Shown in pieces: positions 57,399 to 64,000 of a stretch of DNA of 64,000 nucleotides. The notes below the pieces were generated by a model. It was not told where the DNA came from. It searched no databases and saw only the letters and a list, made by a program, of their open reading frames with translations. The stretch is from contig JAUIEX010000002.1 in the NCBI GenBank assembly GCA_030429725.1, positions 5,229-69,228 of the forward strand, in the 5' to 3' direction. The stretch comes from Alphaproteobacteria bacterium (lineage in GTDB: Bacteria > Pseudomonadota > Alphaproteobacteria > Rickettsiales > UBA8987). Each line of letters opens with the position of its first letter. The first letter of the stretch is position 1. A program made the position numbers and the translations under genes.

Positions 57399-58499
57399 CT
57401 AATATCGTCCCGTGCCTTTCTCCGCGCCCACATTGCGCTCCATAGCGGCGCCCTCTTTCGCCAGATAGGCTCTGCCAAGTGCAACCATGCCATCCACATA
57501 GGCTTGCAACTCGCTTTTTATCTCAGATGTGCCACTTTCTGCATTTAGGAACACACTTCCATGCTCCCATGTGTTGATTGTACGCATGAACTCTGCCATC
57601 GGCTCACCCTTACCCATGTTCTTGTCAAAAATTTCATGTTGAAGCTTCATCGCCGGATCATACGCCGCAATCACCTCCTCCGCCGCCAGCACTAGATTTT
57701 CATGCTCGCTTTCATTAAACATAGCTATAACCGTACAGTTATTTACAGTATCTTCATGCGTAATTGGCTTCTCAAAAAGCCATTTATTAACAAACAGCAA
57801 ATCACTATTCGCCGCATGCTTCTCTAAATCTTCCAGCATGTCCGCCCCTTCAAGGCTGGTGCGCATCGTTTTATAAAAATGCCTGCCACCAACACTGCAT
57901 AAAAGCACCTGCCCTTTTTCGGATTCTTCAGCAAAGCCCAGCATCACACCGCCCATGCCCACATCACGCTGCGCCATGCCGTCATCCTTCACATTTTCCC
58001 GGTAGGAATCCTGCTGCGCCACATCCAGCGCCACCACCGGAATCCCCATTTTATCACATAAAATCACCATCAGCGCCTCCGGCGTAGGCCGCGGCACATA
58101 ATCATCATCGGCCTTTTTCTTCCCAATATTAGGATAAAGCTCGGTCAACATATCACCGGATTTATCACGAATCTGCTCAATCTGATCCGCACGATACTCA
58201 ACACCGTGCGACACATCCAAACCTTCCGCTTTCAGCGCAATCAGCATCGCAAAGCGGCAGGATGTTTCCACATAATCTTTTTTATCATGCGACAGGGAGG
58301 AAGCCAGTATCAGTGAAGCCGAGCCATTTTTAATATCATCGCTATACTCTTTTAAAACCTCTTTTGTTTTTTCAATAACATGGTTGAAAGATTCCTGAAC
58401 GGTATACCGACCACCCTCTATGGCAGTTCTAAATTCTGCCATAATTGCATTCAATTCTTCTTCCAATGTTTTATCCGCCATAAAATTACTGAATATCAA
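57399..58499 (-). CDS. Hypothetical protein (366 aa), no recognisable family
   Basis: A long intact ORF with no overlapping alternative. Acidic and soluble-looking, with no signal peptide, TM or motif I can name. Confidence 0.5.
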   Translation of the reverse strand: MIFSNFMADKTLEEELNAIMAEFRTAIEGGRYTVQESFNHVIEKTKEVLKEYSDDIKNGSASLILASSLSHDKKDYVETSCRFAMLIALKAEGLDVSHGVEYRADQIEQIRDKSGDMLTELYPNIGKKKADDDYVPRPTPEALMVILCDKMGIPVVALDVAQQDSYRENVKDDGMAQRDVGMGGVMLGFAEESEKGQVLLCSVGGRHFYKTMRTSLEGADMLEDLEKHAANSDLLFVNKWLFEKPITHEDTVNNCTVIAMFNESEHENLVLAAEEVIAAYDPAMKLQHEIFDKNMGKGEPMAEFMRTINTWEHGSVFLNAESGTSEIKSELQAYVDGMVALGRAYLAKEGAAMERNVGAEKGTGRY

Positions 58500-58557
58500 T
58501 ACTCTCTCTAAAATCAGACTAGCAAAAATATGTTAATAATTAATTAATATTAAAGCA

Positions 58558-59847
58558 GTGGCAAGATACCAATACGCTCTGTATAGTGCCGCGATGCATC
58601 GCACCATCGCCTCATCGCTCAGAATCTACCTCACACCGAAACTCATCGGCATCGGCCTGCTTGGGCTTGCCAGCGGCCTGCCAAAGGCGCTTATTACCTC
58701 CACCCTTGCCGTGTGGATGCGCGAGGAAGGCATCAGTCTTCAGAATATCGGTTTGTTCGCGCTGGTTGGCTCGCCTTACGCCCTCAAGTTCCTATGGGCT
58801 CCGCTGGTCGATCAACTGCCCATTCCTCTGCTGGAAAAACTCCTTGGCCGCCGCCGTAGCTGGCTGTTCTTAATGCAAATCGGGCTGGCCGTTAGCATCA
58901 TTGCACTTGGTATCTGCGACCCACACAACAACCTGTTGATGATGGCGGGCGCTGCACTGGCAGTGGCCATCTTCTCTGCCACGCAGGATATTGTCATTGA
59001 TGCCTATCGTATTGAGTTGCTGGAGGCAGAAGAACAGGGCGCGGGGGCCTCTATGGCGGTGTATGGCTGGAGCATCGGCGCACTCATTTCCGGTGCGGGC
59101 GCACTTTTCATCGCGGAGGAGATTGGATGGTTCCTCACCTATGCTATTATGGGCTGCCTCGTATTCATCGGCATGGCGGCAAGTCTATGGGCGGGTGAAC
59201 CCGCGCGCATCAACCCTGCCCGTGCCAAACATGTTGGCGAGTGGATGCGTACCGCCATCATCGATCCCTTCCAAGAATTTATGCAGCGCAGCGGTTGGCT
59301 CATCACCCTCATTTTCATAGTCCTTTATAAGCTGGGCGATGCCTATGCCGGAGTGATGACCGCCCCCTTCGTCATCGACCTGGGCTTTACCAAACAGGAA
59401 TATGGCCTCATTGTTAAGGGCTACGGCTTCATTGCAGGGCTGGTAGGGGCATTCCTTGGCGGCATCATCGTCCATCGCTATGGCATGATGCGTTCTCTGC
59501 TGATCTCCGGCATATTGATGATGCTCTCCAACCTCGTCTTCATCGCCCAAGCCTGGATAGGCTTACATCACGGTATGCTGGCACTCACCATCACCGTGGA
59601 AAACCTCACCGGCTGGATGGGTAATGTGGTGATCGTGGCCTATTTAAGCAGCCTGTGTAATGTGCGCTTCACCGCCACGCAATATGCGCTATTCAGCGCA
59701 CTGGCCGCCACCGGACGCACGTGGCTTTCGGCCTCGTCTGGCTTTGTCGCGGAGCAGTCTGGATGGGAAGGATTTTTCCTTATCTCCACCATCATTGCCC
59801 TGCCCGGCCTGATGATGATCCGCTACCTGCCTAGCAGCAAGCAATAA
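58558..59847 (+). CDS. ampG: AmpG-family muropeptide/MFS permease
   Basis: Polytopic, LLGLASGLPKALITSTLAVWMREEGISLQNIGLFALVGSPYALKFLWAPLVD...RRRSW is AmpG-like. The track start is GTG; ATG 58594 is possible. Confidence 0.85.
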   Translation: MARYQYALYSAAMHRTIASSLRIYLTPKLIGIGLLGLASGLPKALITSTLAVWMREEGISLQNIGLFALVGSPYALKFLWAPLVDQLPIPLLEKLLGRRRSWLFLMQIGLAVSIIALGICDPHNNLLMMAGAALAVAIFSATQDIVIDAYRIELLEAEEQGAGASMAVYGWSIGALISGAGALFIAEEIGWFLTYAIMGCLVFIGMAASLWAGEPARINPARAKHVGEWMRTAIIDPFQEFMQRSGWLITLIFIVLYKLGDAYAGVMTAPFVIDLGFTKQEYGLIVKGYGFIAGLVGAFLGGIIVHRYGMMRSLLISGILMMLSNLVFIAQAWIGLHHGMLALTITVENLTGWMGNVVIVAYLSSLCNVRFTATQYALFSALAATGRTWLSASSGFVAEQSGWEGFFLISTIIALPGLMMIRYLPSSKQ

Positions 59848-59888
59848 GGCTCATGCAACGTGGCAGCTTGGAAAATTCCAAAAAAAAA

Positions 59889-60215
59889 TTAAGCCGCTTT
59901 CTTCTCAACCTTTTCGGCCACCGCTTCCACATATTCGGAAATGGTATTAAGCGCCTCTACAACGATCGCATCCGCCTCTTCCTGAACAGCAGCAGGATTA
60001 GGCTGCGAAGAAGTGCCACCTTCATTTAATTCATCCTGCATCATCAATGCAGACATCACCAACAGAAGTGTATCATTTGATGTTTGCACTGACTCTGAAA
60101 GCTGCTGCACGCGCGCCGATACCTGCTTGGCCAGCGCCTGAAGATGCCCTTCCTGCCCCTCATCACATGCCAGCTGAAAATCGCGCTTACCAATCTGAAT
60201 ATTAACAATTGCCAT
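59889..60215 (-). CDS. zapA: Cell division protein ZapA
   Basis: MAIVNIQIGKRDFQLACDEGQEGHLQALAKQVSARV...LLLVMSALMMQDEL, 108 aa. Confidence 0.85.
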   Translation of the reverse strand: MAIVNIQIGKRDFQLACDEGQEGHLQALAKQVSARVQQLSESVQTSNDTLLLVMSALMMQDELNEGGTSSQPNPAAVQEEADAIVVEALNTISEYVEAVAEKVEKKAA

Positions 60216-60574
60216 CAGATTAACTCCTGCTGCCGCACATTCCCGTTATTTGCCATATGCTCCACCTGCGAAATCACCGCAGATAGTTTAGTGCGCACCT
60301 CATCCCGGCGCTGCGCCAAACGGACATAATTTGATTCCGCACGAGAAATTTCCTCCCGCAGCCGGGTATTTTCCTTCTCCAGATGCTCAACACGCTTTGC
60401 CGTTTCCGACAATTCATCCTGCGTGGTTTTCAGCGCTTCAAGCGTTGCCAGATCAGTTCCATCCGCTTCGGCGCTCAACGCAACATCCACCACATGCTCA
60501 AGCCGCGACAGTGCCCGCCGCAACCGCTCTTTTGCTTGCTCCATAGATTCTCTCATAGCTGAGTTATACCGCAC
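60215..60574 (-). CDS. Coiled-coil protein upstream of zapA (DUF4164 / ZauP-like)
   Basis: All-helical heptad sequence. The stop overlaps the zapA start (TGATG). This position matches the alphaproteobacterial ZapA-partner gene. Confidence 0.5.
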   Translation of the reverse strand: MRYNSAMRESMEQAKERLRRALSRLEHVVDVALSAEADGTDLATLEALKTTQDELSETAKRVEHLEKENTRLREEISRAESNYVRLAQRRDEVRTKLSAVISQVEHMANNGNVRQQELI

Positions 60575-60630
60575 ATTTTATCCAACGCAAGGGGATAGCA
60601 TCAGAAAATGGTTCATGCTAATTTTCCGAC

Positions 60631-61230
60631 ATGAGCCACTTCCCCACTTCTGACAACTGCCCGCTGGAAACATTCAACACATGGTTTGATGAAGCAAAAC
60701 AAGCCATTAGAAAAGATCCCAATGCCATGACCCTTGCCACCGCATCCCCCAGCGGCACGCCGATGGTGCGCGTGGTCTTATTAAAAGATGTCAGCCCGGA
60801 GGGGTTTGTTTTTTTTACAAACTATGAAAGCCAGAAAAGTCAGCAGCTTCAAAGTAATCCGGTTGCTGAACTGAATTTTTACTGGCGGGAACTGAATTAC
60901 CAGGTTCGCATTCATGGCCGTGCGGGAAAAATTTCTTCATTGAAATCAGATGCCTACTTTGCACAACGTCAGCGCCCAAGCCAGATTGGCGCATGGGCAA
61001 GCATGCAATCTCAACCGCTGACTGCCTATGCCGCATTGGAGAAGCGAATTGAGCATTTTGAAGCGCTTTATGAGGGAAAGGACGTTCCACGCCCGCCACA
61101 TTGGGGAGGGTGGTGTGTGCAACCCGATTGGATTGAATTCTGGCATCAGCTGGACTACCGTCTGCATCAACGCTGTCGCTATACAAAAGAAGCTAATGGA
61201 CGCTGGGCGTACAGTTTACTATATCCTTAA
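60631..61230 (+). CDS. pdxH: Pyridoxamine 5'-phosphate oxidase
   Basis: 199 aa, MTLATASPSGTPMVRVVLLKDVSPEGFVFFTNYESQKSQQL...RPPHWGGW...EFW...RLH. Confidence 0.9.
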   Translation: MSHFPTSDNCPLETFNTWFDEAKQAIRKDPNAMTLATASPSGTPMVRVVLLKDVSPEGFVFFTNYESQKSQQLQSNPVAELNFYWRELNYQVRIHGRAGKISSLKSDAYFAQRQRPSQIGAWASMQSQPLTAYAALEKRIEHFEALYEGKDVPRPPHWGGWCVQPDWIEFWHQLDYRLHQRCRYTKEANGRWAYSLLYP

Positions 61231-61256
61231 AAGTAATTTTTTTAATAGGAATCATC

Positions 61257-62081
61257 ATGAGTAATCGCCTGGCTTTACCCGCACCGGATGTTGCCTCCGC
61301 CACCACGCAAGCACTGCCACACACAAAGGTGCTGGAGCAGGCAAGCAGCATGGATATCACCATGTTTGGCCTGTTTCTGGAGGCCGACCTTGTGGTGAAA
61401 ACCGTCATTATGCTATTGATTCTTGCCAGCATTTGGAGCTGGGCCATCATTATCGAAAAACATTTGCTGCATGCGCGCCTTCGGCGCAAAATGGATCAGT
61501 TTGAAAATAACTTCTGGGCAAATCTCAAACTTGACGAATTTTACGACAAGTGGAAACATACCGCCAAAGACCCCATTTCCCGCGCCTTTGTTGCAGGAAT
61601 GTATGAATGGCGGCGAACGACATTAGAAGATATTAGCAATACCCAATTCTCGCTGGAATCCCACAAAGTCAAAGGCTTAAACGCCATTCTTTCTCGCTCA
61701 CGTGATGTGAAAGATGCCTTAAAAGAACGCCTTTATAGCGGCATGGAGTTATCAAGAAACCGTGAAATTCGTCAGCTTGAAAAGCACCTGTCATTTCTGG
61801 CAACCACCGGCTCCGTCTCGCCATTTATTGGGCTGTTTGGCACGGTATGGGGCATTATGAACAGCTTTACCGCTATTGCCGCCACACAAAATGCCACCCT
61901 TGCCGTTGTTGCCCCCGGCATCGCCGAGGCACTCTTTGCCACAGCCATTGGCTTGTTTGCCGCCATTCCTGCGGTGATTTTCTATAACAAATTCAGCAAT
62001 AAATCAGCGGATGTGAGTGAGCGTGTGGATGCCTTCACCGATGAATTTATTGCTGAACTTTCACGCATGATGGATCGCTGA
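61257..62081 (+). CDS. tolQ: Tol-Pal system protein TolQ (MotA/ExbB family)
   Basis: LVVKTVIMLLILASIWSWAIIIEK... and C-terminal ...LATTGSVSPFIGLFGTVWGIM...IAEALFATAIGLFAAIPAVIFYN. An alternative start at 61350 (MDITMFGL) would remove a 31-aa extension. Confidence 0.88.
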   Translation: MSNRLALPAPDVASATTQALPHTKVLEQASSMDITMFGLFLEADLVVKTVIMLLILASIWSWAIIIEKHLLHARLRRKMDQFENNFWANLKLDEFYDKWKHTAKDPISRAFVAGMYEWRRTTLEDISNTQFSLESHKVKGLNAILSRSRDVKDALKERLYSGMELSRNREIRQLEKHLSFLATTGSVSPFIGLFGTVWGIMNSFTAIAATQNATLAVVAPGIAEALFATAIGLFAAIPAVIFYNKFSNKSADVSERVDAFTDEFIAELSRMMDR

Positions 62082-62539
62082 TGGGTGCTTCCCTTCACAG
62101 CGGCGTTGGCGGCCGGATGACACGCCACAAGCCGGGGCGAAGGCAGCGCTCGCGGCGCTATATGATGAGCGAAATTAACGTGACACCCTTCGTGGATGTT
62201 ATGCTGGTTTTGTTGATTATCTTCATGGTTGCCGCGCCAATGATGACCGTTGGCATTAAAGTGGATTTACCCGAGGCCGATGCGCCGGCGCTGGCCGGGA
62301 ATGATGAACCTCTGGTGATTAGCTTAAAAAAGGATGGTGCAATTTTCTTACAGGAAACACCCATCAAACTGGAAGAGCTGGGCGCCAAATTGGATGCAGT
62401 AACCGACCGGAAACGTGATACACGCCTGTTCATTCGCGGAGACGCTAAACTGAATTATGGAGATATTATCAAACTGATGGGCATTCTGACGCAAACGGGA
62501 TATACACGCATTGGTTTAGTTTCAGAGCCGGCAGGATAG
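62081..62539 (+). CDS. tolR: Tol-Pal system protein TolR (ExbD family)
   Basis: SEINVTPFVDVMLVLLIIFMVAAPMMT..., 152 aa. The start overlaps the tolQ stop. Confidence 0.88.
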   Translation: MGASLHSGVGGRMTRHKPGRRQRSRRYMMSEINVTPFVDVMLVLLIIFMVAAPMMTVGIKVDLPEADAPALAGNDEPLVISLKKDGAIFLQETPIKLEELGAKLDAVTDRKRDTRLFIRGDAKLNYGDIIKLMGILTQTGYTRIGLVSEPAG

Positions 62540-62549
62540 GCAGGCTCTC

Positions 62550-63461
62550 ATGACCGTGCGGATCGTTCGCAAGCAATTTCATCACTCAAAATCGATACGC
62601 CCTGAGAAGTCGGCAGCTTGGAGGATGCTTGCCTCAATAAAGTCAAAAGCAATTGATTTTGCTCGCAAATTTCCTGGCATCACCGGCTCACTTGCAATGC
62701 ATGTCCTGTTATTTCTATAGCTGATTGGCGATGCATTCTTTCATTTTCTTTCTCCAAAATTGCCAGCAACACCGCCCGTTATAATGCTGGAAATGCTTCC
62801 CATTGCAGAGAAAACCAACCTTCCTCCTCAGCCTCAAAAACCTGTAAAAGCACCTGAAAAACCAAAAGAAAAACCAGAGCCACCTAAACCAAAACCGCCG
62901 GCTCCGCCCGCCAAGCCAAAGGAAAAACCCAAAGCTCCAAAGCTGGCCGCGCCTCCGGCCAAGCCAAAAGCAAAGCCCAAAATACAAGAAAAACCCGCTG
63001 AGAAGCCAAAGGAGAAACCGCCGGAAATTGTGAAGAAGAAAGACCCTCCGAAACAGGATTTCGGCTCCGTTCTAAAGAATCTGGAGGCATTGCGCGAAGA
63101 AACCAGCCAACCCAAAGCGCAATCTTCGGCCAATGATTATGACCCGTCAAAACCACTCTCCGTCAGCGAGATAGACGCGTTCCGGCAGCATATGCGTGAA
63201 TGTTGGCGGGTTCTTCCGGGCGCAAAGGATGCGGCGGAAATGGTGGTCACAGTACATTTTTCTCTCAATCGCAATGCACAAGTGATTAACGCAGAAATTC
63301 AGGATCGTGGACGCTACCAGCGCGATAGCTTCTTTCGCGCCTCCGCCGATGCGGCACTGAGAGCGGTCTATGAGTGCGCTCCTTATGATTTCTTACCCAC
63401 TGAAAAATACCAACAATGGAAGGAAAATGAGTTCACCTTTGACCCAAAAGATATGCTTTAA
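62550..63461 (+). pseudogene. tolA: tolA interrupted by an in-frame TAG (62718..62720) inside its membrane anchor
   Basis: ATG 62550 opens a 56-codon frame ending ...GITGSLAMHVLLFL-TAG. The same frame continues LIGDAFFHFLSPKLPATPPV..., through a Pro/Lys-rich domain, to a TolA/TonB-like C-terminal domain (ORF 62760..63461). The S-x3-H anchor motif is present before the stop. Confidence 0.7.
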
Positions 63462-63479
63462 CCGGCTGATATATTAGCG

Positions 63480-64000
63480 CTAAATATCCCAATTTATCTC
63501 ATAACATTCACGCGTGGCTGCAAGCAGCGCCAGCCGCCCCACCAGCCCCTGCACCGGACAAAGGCTTGGCCGCCCGCTTTCTTCATGCGCATTACCGTGC
63601 CGAAACGTCATCCCGGCGGCATTCAAATTACCATACACATCCCGCGCTTCATTAACACGGTACGTGCAGCCAACAGGATTCCCACCAATCAGGTAAACCA
63701 GAGGCTCGGCAGGGTTACCGTTCACGTGATCAATGGTTGGCACGCCTTCCTGAATCATCACCTCCGTGTTCTTCACGCCTTCCTTAATGGCATTCATTTT
63801 GTGCCGTGACTTCTTATTAATCTCTAATAATTCCGCACCGGAGCGAACCGTCATTATCCCCATGCCATAGGTTCCGCTATCAGCTTTGATAAAAACATAC
63901 GGCGTCTCATCAATGGCATATTCATCATATTTCTGCTGAATAGCCGCCAGCACACGATCCACCCTCTGCGCCACATCTTCCAGCCCATCACGCGTTTTAA
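63480..64000 (-). CDS. Glutamate--cysteine ligase-like protein (GshA-type, ATP-grasp-like); 5' end beyond the window
   Basis: The frame is open to nt 64000. ...YVFIKADSGTYGMGIMTVRSG...IQEGVPT... resembles the proteobacterial GshA family as I recall it. Confidence 0.5.
   Translation of the reverse strand, partial: KTRDGLEDVAQRVDRVLAAIQQKYDEYAIDETPYVFIKADSGTYGMGIMTVRSGAELLEINKKSRHKMNAIKEGVKNTEVMIQEGVPTIDHVNGNPAEPLVYLIGGNPVGCTYRVNEARDVYGNLNAAGMTFRHGNAHEESGRPSLCPVQGLVGRLALLAATRECYEINWDI

Noticed and set aside
59848-59888. Looked for a 6S RNA (ssrS) downstream of zapA, as in enterobacteria.
   Set aside because: Only about 40 nt separate the zapA stop from the ampG stop, and no structured RNA of suitable length fits.
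62830-63010. Highly repetitive Pro/Lys/Glu/Ala stretch (PKPKPPAPPAKPKEKPKAPK...) considered as an unusual tandem repeat.
   Set aside because: This is the normal low-complexity domain II of TolA/TonB-type proteins. The antisense ORFs here (62715..62987, 62834..63133, 62884..63156) are artefacts of it.

Overview
All homology calls below come from reading the supplied translations and the DNA by eye. No database search or computation was run.

The window looks like alphaproteobacterial chromosome. Supporting gene order: rpsL-rpsG-fusA-tuf-S10-spc-alpha with adk after secY, a coiled-coil gene coupled to zapA, tolQ-tolR-tolA, and hisF/hisE.

**Layout**
- **1-7.7 kb:** an RND efflux adaptor and pump, a PepF-like M3 peptidase, and an AGCS amino-acid symporter.
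- **7.8-25.9 kb:** a ribosomal super-operon of 31 genes, closed by a strong bidirectional terminator.
- **26-31.4 kb:** maeB, mutS and rpsT.
- **31.5-51.6 kb, minus strand:** an RcGTA-type head-tail cluster. It runs terminase, portal, protease, capsid, connector, adaptor, DUF3168-like, major tail, DUF2460-like, DUF2163-like, NlpC/P60 peptidase, 1216-aa g15-like protein, DUF2793-like fibre. No integrase, repressor, replication or lysis genes are visible.
- **51.7-64 kb:** an RTX/serralysin-like protein, parE, hisF-methyltransferase-hisE, an orphan gene, ampG, zapA, pdxH, tolQRA and a partial gshA-like gene.

**Main result of the hunt.** Every structural ORF of the GTA-type cluster is intact, but the cluster is stretched to about 19 kb. 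What has gone into it:
- seven copies of a nested-hairpin MITE-like repeat
- repeat-derived insertions that stay in frame inside the peptidase gene
- heptamer arrays directly after stop codons
- a DinJ/YafQ toxin-antitoxin cassette
- a MntA/HepT cassette flanked by 38-bp direct repeats that duplicate the fibre gene's ribosome-binding site and first 9 codons
- an antisense tRNA-Arg(CCT) with a duplicated 3' end

**Other anomalies**
- rplO has no stop codon and runs in frame into secY.
- tolA carries an in-frame TAG inside its membrane anchor.
- The RTX protein has a serralysin-like scaffold but no HEXXH zinc motif.
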